A stretch of 64,000 nucleotides of DNA from a virus. Lineage: Duplodnaviria; Caudoviricetes. The notes below the pieces were generated by a model. The model ran no database searches. It was given only the letters and a program-made list of their open reading frames with translations, and was not told the DNA's origin. This document shows positions 37,111-46,400 of the stretch, one piece after another (the stretch's first letter is position 1; each line of letters starts with the position of its first letter). A program made the position numbers and the translations under genes. The stretch lies in IMG/VR virus record IMGVR_UViG_3300020420_000671; one strand, written 5' to 3'.

Positions 37111-37736
37111 AGTGGCATCAAATTTGTTACTATTGTTTCTGCTGTTTTTTCATTAAGTTCAAGATTAACTACTAACCAATAACTATCTTCGTTCGTGCTG
37201 TTGAATAATTGATGTACCTTTGCTGTATTTAAAAAATATAAATGTCCTACACGCCAATTTAAAATTTTATCTTCTAAAACAAACGTACAAGGATTTTTCA
37301 TAGGAGATATTAATCTACAGCTATCTAAATTAAGATGTCGAAAATCTCTATGGGTAGGAAAGTATCCGCCTGGTGCTAATTTTAAAATATGTGTTCTAAA
37401 GAAATGTCCTTCAAATGGCTGTAAAAAATTTTTTATATCGTCATTTTTTGTATACGCATCTGTGTATACATTAAAATCACTCTCTTCATAATTTGTATTA
37501 TTTTCTTGATTGTATTCGTGTAAACTATCTAGATCTGGTATTCCAGATAACCCGCCGTCTAAACTGGTTAGGCTTAATCCGTACCTAGCAATAGGTTTCC
37601 TAGGATTATATTTGACATAGTCAAAATTTTCTTCTGTCCATTTTATATATGTTGTGCTATTAAAATTGAAACCTAGCCTAATAAAATCTCCGTATTGTGT
37701 TATTGTTTGATACAAGCCAGACAAGATATCCTCCAA
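37107..37736 (-). CDS. Aspartyl/asparaginyl beta-hydroxylase-like 2OG oxygenase
   Basis: LKLAPGGYFPTHRD, FLNTAKVHQLFN; the start may be TTG at 37724 after GGAGG. Confidence 0.7.
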   Translation of the reverse strand: MEDILSGLYQTITQYGDFIRLGFNFNSTTYIKWTEENFDYVKYNPRKPIARYGLSLTSLDGGLSGIPDLDSLHEYNQENNTNYEESDFNVYTDAYTKNDDIKNFLQPFEGHFFRTHILKLAPGGYFPTHRDFRHLNLDSCRLISPMKNPCTFVLEDKILNWRVGHLYFLNTAKVHQLFNSTNEDSYWLVVNLELNEKTAETIVTNLMPL

Positions 37737-37746
37737 ATTCTATTCA

Positions 37747-37760
37747 TATAAATATTTATT
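37747..37760. promoter_or_regulatory. Palindromic bidirectional late-promoter-like element
   Basis: TATAAATATTTATT contains the perfect 12 bp palindrome ATAAATATTTAT between divergent genes. Confidence 0.6.
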
Positions 37761-37786
37761 GAACGTATGAAAAGGTTTTAGTCAAT

Positions 37787-38665
37787 ATGAATAGACAAAC
37801 TCAGCTAGAAAATCAAATAAAATTTATGAATTATGACCGTAGTAAAAACATGGACATAATTCGTAATATGCAGAAATGTCAAAGGAATTGGGACTACTCT
37901 AAAAAAATATGGGACGAAATAGTCGAATATTTACTATGGATTGCAGAAAACAGTCCTTCCAAACAATGGGAAGCCTATTACGATGTGTATTGGAGTGCTG
38001 ACCGGAAAGTGATACAAGAAATATCAAGGTATACTTGGGGGTGTACACATAGCAGAAATCCTCCTAGCACATGGAGAAATGCCCAAGCTAATGCTAACAT
38101 GTATATGTTATTTGTTGCCAAAGAGCCTGAAACTCAAGAGAATTGTAATCCCGACGGAACTTTAAAATCTAACACAAAAAATTCTAGATGGGAAAATGCT
38201 TATGTCAGTATAGGTATAGCAATGGGACTTGTAATGCATGCCGCTCATAAATTAGAGATGGTTACAGGTTGTAATAAAAGTCACGGTGATATAAATGGCG
38301 ACATGTTCTGGGAAAAAAGGCTTGGCATTTTAGATGATGTAAAAGCAGGTAGGAAAAAAATTGCTTATGGCATAGGCATAGGTTATCCACAAGCAGACAA
38401 AGAAAGATGGCAAACAGATGAGACAGAATTAGCAATAGGTGCTGGCAACGGAGATACATTAACAACGTTAAATGAAAAAGATCCTAATTGGGTAGATACA
38501 CATATTGATACTGGAAAAACTGTAAGAAAAATTAAGATAGTAAACATAAAAGAAAACACAGAAGCAGTTGATCCTTATGGCAATTTACATCCACTACCTC
38601 TGACCAGTGATATAAAAATCAACACACAAAAAATACGTAAAATCAATGTGACGGAGATTAAATGA
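37787..38665 (+). CDS. Nitroreductase-fold flavoprotein
   Basis: QRNWD, SPSKQ, IGIAMG, GIGIGYP. Confidence 0.6.
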   Translation: MNRQTQLENQIKFMNYDRSKNMDIIRNMQKCQRNWDYSKKIWDEIVEYLLWIAENSPSKQWEAYYDVYWSADRKVIQEISRYTWGCTHSRNPPSTWRNAQANANMYMLFVAKEPETQENCNPDGTLKSNTKNSRWENAYVSIGIAMGLVMHAAHKLEMVTGCNKSHGDINGDMFWEKRLGILDDVKAGRKKIAYGIGIGYPQADKERWQTDETELAIGAGNGDTLTTLNEKDPNWVDTHIDTGKTVRKIKIVNIKENTEAVDPYGNLHPLPLTSDIKINTQKIRKINVTEIK

Positions 38666-39555
38666 TAAACATAGTTGTTACAAGCAAACCATGTGACGGT
38701 TTGTTTTACTATAGTTATGAATACAAATCAGCTTTAAAAAGTCTAGGTATGCCTGTACAAGTTATAGTAATCACACATAGAAAATTTAAGGAACAAGATT
38801 ATTTAGACAGCATAAATGAAAAATATATTCATTGTGAAGATATATTTTTTAACAATTTTAATCCTGAAGAAAATGACACAACTTTAATAATGGGTAGAAG
38901 CATGATGACATTAGGTTATCAAGATTTCAAAGAATATACAGAATCTCAACAGGAAACCTTAAAAAAAGTTTTTAGTAAAAATCTAATAGCAGTATATTCA
39001 GAAAATCATCCTACCAGATATCATCAAGCTGTTGGATTTTTTAATCCTGCGAAAATAATAGATTTATGCGATACAGATGTATATCCAGAAGCGCCTACAG
39101 ACTTACATTTTGAGAAACATATTAACTTTACAATTCATAAAGATATAGTAGATGATGTTAAATTTGAACATTTATTTTTAGGAACTAACGACAAATACTA
39201 TGCTACTGTAAATTCAATAATTAAAGACTATCCTGATCATGGAATTATTACATATGATGAAGATTATATAAATGAAAACAATAATAATGTTTTTGCTCCA
39301 GTCAAAAATATTATGGGAATGTTTAAAACTTATGTATATACTAAAGATACTTTTGATCCAGCACCAAGAATATTTCAAGAATGTAGATATTTTGGTAAGG
39401 AAGTAATTTATCAAAGAGATAAAAGTATAAAAGATGGAGGTAGTGTGTATTGGGATAGAGGCTTGAAAGATCCTGATATATCTAACATAGCAATAGCAAT
39501 AAAACAATTTGCAGGACAGAAGAATGTTGTTCCTGTCAAAAAGGAGCAAGTATGA
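38662..39555 (+). CDS. Hypothetical protein, possibly GT-B-like
   Basis: 297 aa; FDPAPRIFQEC.YFGK resembles a GT-B C-terminal motif (weak). Confidence 0.45.
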   Translation: MINIVVTSKPCDGLFYYSYEYKSALKSLGMPVQVIVITHRKFKEQDYLDSINEKYIHCEDIFFNNFNPEENDTTLIMGRSMMTLGYQDFKEYTESQQETLKKVFSKNLIAVYSENHPTRYHQAVGFFNPAKIIDLCDTDVYPEAPTDLHFEKHINFTIHKDIVDDVKFEHLFLGTNDKYYATVNSIIKDYPDHGIITYDEDYINENNNNVFAPVKNIMGMFKTYVYTKDTFDPAPRIFQECRYFGKEVIYQRDKSIKDGGSVYWDRGLKDPDISNIAIAIKQFAGQKNVVPVKKEQV

Positions 39556-40631
39556 TATCTTACGAAGGTTGGGATAGAGAATATATAGAAAACAAAGATG
39601 CCTACATAGAAATATTTGATATTTTTATGAATCAACTTAATTATGAAGACGCAGACGATTTTGAAAAACAAATAGCAGAATATGTAGGTAGAAAACATGT
39701 TGTCAGTGTTGCTTGTGCTACTGATGCCTTAGGATTTTCTCTGATGAGTCATGGCATAGGACCTGGCGCGGAAGTTTTAGTAACAGACTTCAGTTGGATA
39801 TCTAGTTCATCCTGTATTAGTATGACAGGAGCCACACCTGTGTTTTGCGATATAGATTTAGATTCATATCATATAAGTTTCGATAGTATTAAGCGTATGG
39901 TCAGTCCAAGGACAAAAGCAATAATATACACACACCTATTTGGAAATATGGTTGATGTAACAGAAATAATAGAATTTTGTAAAGAAAACAAAATATTTTT
40001 CATTGAAGATGCCGCACAATCTCTTGGTTCTAGTTATAATAAAGTAAAAGCAGGAAGCATAGGACATTGTAGTTCTTTTAGTTTTAATACAAATAAAGTT
40101 ATAGCAGGCATAAATGGTGGTGGTGTTTTTATGACTGACAATGAAGAAATTGCTAACATAGTGAAGAAGTTAAGAAGACATGGTAAAGATAAAGACTTTG
40201 AAATGATAGGATACAATTCTAGAATGTACGTCCTGAATTCAATGATAATAAAACAACGTATGAAAAATATTGTTGAGACACAAAAAACAAGACAGGAAAT
40301 AGCACAAAAATACAACGAAGCTTTCAAAGATCTTCCTGTAATCACACAGAAGCCCACTCCTATTTTAGATCATAATTTTCATAAGTATACGGTAAGATTT
40401 GAAAACAAAGATATTAGAAAAAAAGTCAAAAACGATTTAAGTCTATCAATACATTATGAACGGCCCTTATCTAAAAACTCAATGTATGAACATTTGAAAT
40501 ATAGAAAAGATGATTGTAAAAATTCTAAACTAGTATCAGATACTATTGTATCACTTCCTGTACATGCTTGGTTAAAGGAAGAAGAAATTAATAAAATAAT
40601 AGATACAGTTAAATCGAACTTTTCCGCATAA
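39552..40631 (+). CDS. DegT/DnrJ/EryC1/StrS sugar aminotransferase
   Basis: VFCDID, HLFG, IEDAAQS, SFSFNTNK, GYNSRM, LPVH. Confidence 0.92.
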   Translation: MISYEGWDREYIENKDAYIEIFDIFMNQLNYEDADDFEKQIAEYVGRKHVVSVACATDALGFSLMSHGIGPGAEVLVTDFSWISSSSCISMTGATPVFCDIDLDSYHISFDSIKRMVSPRTKAIIYTHLFGNMVDVTEIIEFCKENKIFFIEDAAQSLGSSYNKVKAGSIGHCSSFSFNTNKVIAGINGGGVFMTDNEEIANIVKKLRRHGKDKDFEMIGYNSRMYVLNSMIIKQRMKNIVETQKTRQEIAQKYNEAFKDLPVITQKPTPILDHNFHKYTVRFENKDIRKKVKNDLSLSIHYERPLSKNSMYEHLKYRKDDCKNSKLVSDTIVSLPVHAWLKEEEINKIIDTVKSNFSA

Positions 40632-41316
40632 AGTCTTGTATATCTCTTGCGGCAACCATATGTGACCCACGTCCTGGATGTAAACTATCTCTAGCCATAT
40701 CAACAAAAAATGATTTAGTTGTTACTTGATATAAATTTACTCGGTTCCAATTGAAATGAGGAATTTTTTCTATATGCTCACCTTCACATGTAACATGGTA
40801 ATTTTTAATTCCTATTGCGTCTAAATGATATTTCGCCATGTTCATTCTCACTATTGAATCATAACAAGCATCAACGTCATTATGTATATGCTCATAGTAC
40901 GCTAGTGATTTACTTATATTTGTACCCTGGGGAGGTATTCTATTTGTGCCTACTTTCTGAAGATCCATAGGCATAAATCTTTGAATTGCTCCGCCCCTCC
41001 AATTAGCCCTATTCAACCCTTGGAAAACACAATATCTATCAAAATAACTCCACATGATAACTACTATATCCCCTTTTACAAATTTAGTGTGTAGTATTAT
41101 ATCTAGTATATGTTTATTAGAAGCACCAGGGACAGCAAAATTTACGCACTTACGCTTTAGGTTATCGGCAATTAATCTTGGCCAAGCAAATTTACTAGGC
41201 TTTGGTCCATGTTGTCCTACTTTGGTTAGACTAGGATTACCATTTTCATCTATCCAACAATCAGGAAGTCCTTCACCGTATGTGTTACTACAACCAAATG
41301 CTACTAATCTGTCCAT
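40609..41316 (-). CDS. SGNH-like hydrolase or acyltransferase
   Basis: VAFGCSNTYG, GASN, DSLHPG. Confidence 0.6.
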   Translation of the reverse strand: MDRLVAFGCSNTYGEGLPDCWIDENGNPSLTKVGQHGPKPSKFAWPRLIADNLKRKCVNFAVPGASNKHILDIILHTKFVKGDIVVIMWSYFDRYCVFQGLNRANWRGGAIQRFMPMDLQKVGTNRIPPQGTNISKSLAYYEHIHNDVDACYDSIVRMNMAKYHLDAIGIKNYHVTCEGEHIEKIPHFNWNRVNLYQVTTKSFFVDMARDSLHPGRGSHMVAARDIQDFMRKSSI

Positions 41317-41321
41317 GCTAA

Positions 41322-41369
41322 TATTTACCTGCCAGGCTTACGCACACTTAATTTCACGGAAAATAAATA
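41322..41369. promoter_or_regulatory. Divergent late-promoter-like pair
   Basis: TAAATA minus (41322-41327) and AATAAATA plus (41362-41369) between divergent genes. Confidence 0.55.
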
Positions 41370-41387
41370 TTCAAGCAAGAGTTGTAT

Positions 41388-42233
41388 ATGAGAAAACCAA
41401 TAACATTAAAAGAATTAAAAGGTTCAGAATACAGAACAGTAGATTTTTATCTATCAAAATCCTGTAACAAGTCGTGCCACTACTGCACTGCTTGGACACT
41501 TGAAATGCGATATCTACACACAGACATGGATCTAGTACGGACTATACTAAAAGGATTGTCTCCATACAAGACAAGAATATGTTTACTAGGAGGCGAACCT
41601 GGACTGATAAAAAATTTAGATGAGATAATCGCAGAAATAAAGAAGCATGATAATCTAATTCCACAAGTTTTATCAAACAGTTTAGTAAGAAAGTTTTATC
41701 CCCACATACTTGAAGATCCTGAAATAATTTACATAGAACATTTAGTTTTAGATTTTTATGAAGATAGAATAGAAAAACTAGGCAACTGGCCTTTCTTGCC
41801 TATGAATAATAAAAATAACTACAACTTAATAATAGAGACGCCTGGATATTTTAAATACAGAGATAGATTTGATTTGACAGAAATAGATCATGAAAATACG
41901 GAATTCAAGGAATACAATTCTAGATCACCTGATTTTCATAGTGACCATGATATAATACAGGCGCCAGAAATAGAACGTAGGATATGTGCTAAATTTCCAC
42001 AAGTTCCTGTATTTGATTTTGAAATACAAAAGATAAGACATTGTAGTAGAAAAGCCATCGACGGTTCGAGAGAATTTGATATCACTGTAGAAAACATTCA
42101 AAAGATGATGGAATATAAATTATTTGATTTTGAAAAATATTGTACTACTTGTATGGATATCATTCCTCCTAGACCAGAAGCTAGAAGATTTGAAATATTA
42201 GAAAAAATAGCATTGGAAAAAACACCAGTATGA
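41388..42233 (+). CDS. Radical SAM enzyme
   Basis: CNKSCHYC, LLGGEPGL, C-terminal Cys cluster. Confidence 0.8.
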   Translation: MRKPITLKELKGSEYRTVDFYLSKSCNKSCHYCTAWTLEMRYLHTDMDLVRTILKGLSPYKTRICLLGGEPGLIKNLDEIIAEIKKHDNLIPQVLSNSLVRKFYPHILEDPEIIYIEHLVLDFYEDRIEKLGNWPFLPMNNKNNYNLIIETPGYFKYRDRFDLTEIDHENTEFKEYNSRSPDFHSDHDIIQAPEIERRICAKFPQVPVFDFEIQKIRHCSRKAIDGSREFDITVENIQKMMEYKLFDFEKYCTTCMDIIPPRPEARRFEILEKIALEKTPV

Positions 42234-43741
42234 ACATTTATTCAGTAGCTTTAAATATTCATGACCATAATACATATGACGGGATTTTTCATAATCAAAT
42301 TGAACGTCATAACAGAATTAAGCACAACTTAAATTATGAATGGTCACATGATCCTAATCCTAGTAAAAAGTTCTTTAATGAACATGTATTAGACAAATAT
42401 AAAAGTAGAGATGAAAATAATATATTTGCGTTTACTGTATCTAATTTAGGACAAGAATTTGTAACAGATTTAATTAATGAAAATTTTCCTAATAATGACT
42501 TTTTAAAATTTAAACCAAAAAGTTTATGGGAACCATTTTACAATGAATTTGTGTATTATATTGATCATCATCAATCACACGCTACCTATGCTTTTCTCAC
42601 TTCAGGATTTCCAGAAGCTGACATATTAGCAATAGATGGTAGAGGCTGGCAGTTCAATTGTATCTTTATTGGCAAAGATGGTATGATTAAAGACCTGTCT
42701 AATAAGATTCCAATTGGTGGACTATGGAATAGATTAGCTCAGGATATAGGATTTAGATATCTTGACGCAGGCAAAGTAATGGGATTAGCAGGATATGGAA
42801 AATACAACTATCAAACGGATGCTATGATAGAAACTTATCTAATGAATCCTAATCATACACTACCTAGTTTTGCTCCAGAAGTAATTAAAAATAACAAAAG
42901 AGAAGATATAGCTTATACTTTACAATTTAAAACTATAGAACTTATTAAAAAGTATGTGTACCCACTTAAAACCTGCGATAACATTTGTGTAGCAGGAGGA
43001 GTAGCATACAACGGTTATATGAATGAAGAATTGACAACACACTACAAAAACGTTCACGTTCCTCCAGCTGTAGGAGATGAAGGACAAGCACTAGGTACAT
43101 ATATGCACGCCGACTACTATCTAAATGACAACGTACACAAACCCAGTGTATTTGCTGGTAAAGAACAAAAAATATCTACAGATTTATTTACGGGTATGAA
43201 TTTTGAAAAGTGGCCTTTTGAAAAATTAACAACTAAAGTCGCAGAAGAGATAGCAAACGGAAAAATAGTAGGATGGTATCAAGGAAAATCAGAAAGCGGA
43301 AATAGAGCTTTAGGAAATAGAAGTATTCTTGCTGACCCAAGGAATCCAAATATAAAAGATACCATTAATAGAAGAATAAAAAAACGTGAAGACTTTAGAC
43401 CATTTGCTCCAAGTGTTTTAGAAGAACACTATCAAGATTTTTTCCATACAAGTCAACCTAGTCCTTATATGTCAAGAATTATGCCTGTAAAAGTAGACAC
43501 AGTACCTGGTATAACTCATGTAGACGGAACTGCTAGAATACAAACTGTTAATAGACAATTCAACGAAAGATATTATGATTTAATCACTGCTTTCTACAAG
43601 CATACAGGTATACCCATGCTATTGAATACCAGTTTCAACTGCCAAGAACCTATAGTAGAAACTCCAGAAGATGCTTTACAAACTTTTAAAAATAGTGGTT
43701 TAGATTTGTTAGTTTTAGGAGATTATTTGTTATGGAAGTAA
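42230..43741 (+). CDS. Carbamoyltransferase (NodU/CmcH/TobZ family)
   Basis: HHQSHA, GKVMGLAGYG, GGVAYN, GNRSILADP, RPFAP, LLNTSFN. Confidence 0.92.
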   Translation: MNIYSVALNIHDHNTYDGIFHNQIERHNRIKHNLNYEWSHDPNPSKKFFNEHVLDKYKSRDENNIFAFTVSNLGQEFVTDLINENFPNNDFLKFKPKSLWEPFYNEFVYYIDHHQSHATYAFLTSGFPEADILAIDGRGWQFNCIFIGKDGMIKDLSNKIPIGGLWNRLAQDIGFRYLDAGKVMGLAGYGKYNYQTDAMIETYLMNPNHTLPSFAPEVIKNNKREDIAYTLQFKTIELIKKYVYPLKTCDNICVAGGVAYNGYMNEELTTHYKNVHVPPAVGDEGQALGTYMHADYYLNDNVHKPSVFAGKEQKISTDLFTGMNFEKWPFEKLTTKVAEEIANGKIVGWYQGKSESGNRALGNRSILADPRNPNIKDTINRRIKKREDFRPFAPSVLEEHYQDFFHTSQPSPYMSRIMPVKVDTVPGITHVDGTARIQTVNRQFNERYYDLITAFYKHTGIPMLLNTSFNCQEPIVETPEDALQTFKNSGLDLLVLGDYLLWK

Positions 43742-44376
43742 TTAATAAAAATTATTGGAAAGTATGGTGGGAAGGAATACAACATGGCCATGAAATAAAA
43801 GATATCCTTTACAGCGTAGGTCCTGATCAGATGGATTCGAAAATACATCTAGTTGATTGTATTCCGTTAGATGAAATGAAAAAATTTAATGACTTGAAAA
43901 TACATTTATATGGCGGCTGGTATGGTTATCCTTTAATTAATCTTTTGTTGACTAAATTTTTAAATATAGAACATATTACTAACATAGACTTAGATGAAAA
44001 GGCATTGGATCTGTCTAGAAAATACACACAGACACTAGAACTAGAACACAAAGTTTTTTTCAAACATAGGGACGTAAAGGATAAAATAGAAACATCATAC
44101 TATAAAGATAAAGACGTAAGATTAGTGATTAACACATCAAGCGAACACATGGCAGATCTGCCTGATTTAATAGCAAATAAAGATTACACCCCTAACTGTG
44201 TATTTGCTTTACAAAGTAATAATATGTTTCATGTAAAAGATCAACATATTAATTGTTCTAATAATTTAGATGAATTTGTAAAAAAGACTGGACTTACTAA
44301 GATATGGTTTGCTGACACTTACAAAATGTCAAATGGATATGAACGATATACTGTTATTGGCAATCATCGAACTTAG
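43732..44376 (+). CDS. Rossmann-fold methyltransferase-like protein
   Basis: LYGGWYG, NIDLD, INTSSEHM. Confidence 0.5.
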   Translation: MEVINKNYWKVWWEGIQHGHEIKDILYSVGPDQMDSKIHLVDCIPLDEMKKFNDLKIHLYGGWYGYPLINLLLTKFLNIEHITNIDLDEKALDLSRKYTQTLELEHKVFFKHRDVKDKIETSYYKDKDVRLVINTSSEHMADLPDLIANKDYTPNCVFALQSNNMFHVKDQHINCSNNLDEFVKKTGLTKIWFADTYKMSNGYERYTVIGNHRT

Positions 44377-45043
44377 ATTTTAACCAATCAAAATCATTTA
44401 TCAACCTAAGATTAGACCCCCTAGAAAAGCCAAACTCCATACCAGCATTAGCACCTCTAATCGCATCTTCACGAAATCTTCCATTAGCTGTAGTGGTCCA
44501 TACTTTAAGTCTTTCATTAGTTTCTCCTTGTTGTTGTCTATCTATCACTCTACTACTTAATTTAGCACATTCTCTAAACGCACTTTTCCATGTATTGAAC
44601 GAGTCAGTATCAAAAGCTGTAATGTTACTAACTTTATCAAACACAATAAAATTATCTGAAATACTAGTGGTCATATCGTGACTATCTACATTTATATTTT
44701 TTGTTAGTTTTGTTGGGAGTAATTTTACTCCCCCATAACCGTAAGTAAGATCATTTACAGGATTTACACTTTTATATACATGGACAATATTTTCATTTTG
44801 TGAAGTAACAAAATAATCGAACTTGAATTCTGGTGTAATCACAGCATCACCATCTACCACAAAAAAATATCTAGTACTTGCTTTCTTTGCCGCTTCGATA
44901 TGGGCTTTGTGTATTCCCTTGACCCCGTCTATTCGTTTGACCCTGTCTCCAAAAACTCCTTTTGTGTTAAATCTTTTATAAAGGTTGTCGAAGTTTTTAT
45001 CCGCATGCGGTTCACCATAACTAATAAAAATTATATCATGCAT
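44354..45043 (-). CDS. GT-A-like glycosyltransferase
   Basis: IFISYGEP, GVKGIHKAH, VVDGD (DxD), YGYGGVK. Confidence 0.55.
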   Translation of the reverse strand: MHDIIFISYGEPHADKNFDNLYKRFNTKGVFGDRVKRIDGVKGIHKAHIEAAKKASTRYFFVVDGDAVITPEFKFDYFVTSQNENIVHVYKSVNPVNDLTYGYGGVKLLPTKLTKNINVDSHDMTTSISDNFIVFDKVSNITAFDTDSFNTWKSAFRECAKLSSRVIDRQQQGETNERLKVWTTTANGRFREDAIRGANAGMEFGFSRGSNLRLINDFDWLKSKFDDCQ

Positions 45044-46400
45044 TCTTAACTTCCTTATAAAATTCTTTGTATTCCGGAAATGTTTTTACAAAATCTAAAT
45101 TCCTTCTATTGTCATATTCCTTTATAAATTTATAAAATAATTTTTGTGCTTGTCTTTGTTCTTCTCTGAATTTTTTATTTTTAAACCTAAACAATACATC
45201 AGCTACAATTCTTTTAAGTTTTGCTGTCTCTATATCTCCAAAGCTACCAACATCAGTATTTTCTATCATAAAATCTACTGCTGGTATTAGATGTTTTTTT
45301 ATAAGTTCTTCACTTGCTACTTTCACATCTAAGAATTGTGGATTGCGGACATACGGAATGTCAACCTTGATTCTATGATCCGCTCTGTGTTTTCTATAAT
45401 ATGTTGTTTTGAGATGAAGCACCCAAATTAAAAAATTTTTAAACGTTGGTAGGCTCAATATATTAAAGGCACTCATAAAACTTATTCTACTATTTGTATT
45501 CCTAGCAAAGTATTCTATGTTGTCTTTAAACAAAAACCAATCCATACCGTACCGACTGTATTCTGCTTGAGCTCCACTGCTCTCGGCGCTTGTAAACAAG
45601 GTAAACTGATTGACACTCTTTTTATTTTCTAGTTCCTTAATACTTTTAGTAAATTTTTTCCATAGATCTTTAGGAGGACATCCGTTTGAATTAATAGCAA
45701 AATCTAAATTAGGTTGTGGATTTTCTATCAAGTAATCAATAACCTTTTGTGTATGTTTACTCAACAAAGGTTCACCGCCTGTAATTCGAAAAACTTTCAT
45801 GTGTTTTACCGCTTCAGGAAACCATTTCCAAAATGCTTCTATGTAAGGATTATGTTCCCTTTCTAATATCTGTACTTCCTCAGGATCAATTGAATTATAT
45901 TGCCATATGCCTAGATCATAAGAACCTTTTTGTTTTACTTCTTCTACCCATTTACTGCTAAACGCAGGGCCACAGTAAGAACATTTAAAATTACATATAT
46001 TACTGAAACTTATTTCAACATATCTAGGATAAAAATCTTCATGCCCTGTTGAATTAGATATGACAGAAAAATCTTCCCAACTAAAATGATCAGCACTTTT
46101 GTATACCCTATCGCTGAACTTATCAGTGTTATCTTCTATTCTCCAACAATAGTCACATTCTTCAGGACGTTCATTATTAAGCATTCTACGTCTTGTGTTC
46201 TTTTTGAACTCCGTATTATGAAGTACGTTTGGATTATTTTTAAGATCTTCTAAAGGAATTTTATGAGCTTTGACATGATGACAGCTATGATTTATCCCCG
46301 ATCCTAAGTGAATAGTTACCTGTGTCCATTTTGCTAAACAAAATCCACAGCCAACTTTATTTAATTTTTCTTGAACTTCAGCTGGATCAGCTCTAATCAT
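45036..46400 (-). CDS. Radical SAM enzyme with extra Cys-rich region
   Basis: CLAKW, CDYCW, CNFKCSYC, ITGGEPLL. Confidence 0.85.
   Translation of the reverse strand: MIRADPAEVQEKLNKVGCGFCLAKWTQVTIHLGSGINHSCHHVKAHKIPLEDLKNNPNVLHNTEFKKNTRRRMLNNERPEECDYCWRIEDNTDKFSDRVYKSADHFSWEDFSVISNSTGHEDFYPRYVEISFSNICNFKCSYCGPAFSSKWVEEVKQKGSYDLGIWQYNSIDPEEVQILEREHNPYIEAFWKWFPEAVKHMKVFRITGGEPLLSKHTQKVIDYLIENPQPNLDFAINSNGCPPKDLWKKFTKSIKELENKKSVNQFTLFTSAESSGAQAEYSRYGMDWFLFKDNIEYFARNTNSRISFMSAFNILSLPTFKNFLIWVLHLKTTYYRKHRADHRIKVDIPYVRNPQFLDVKVASEELIKKHLIPAVDFMIENTDVGSFGDIETAKLKRIVADVLFRFKNKKFREEQRQAQKLFYKFIKEYDNRRNLDFVKTFPEYKEFYKEVKNA

Noticed and set aside
37702-37747. Frameshift linking the ATG at 37747 to the oxygenase ORF
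   Set aside because: The ATG is out of frame and opens only 15 codons; a GGAGG-TTG start at 37724 explains the gene without recoding
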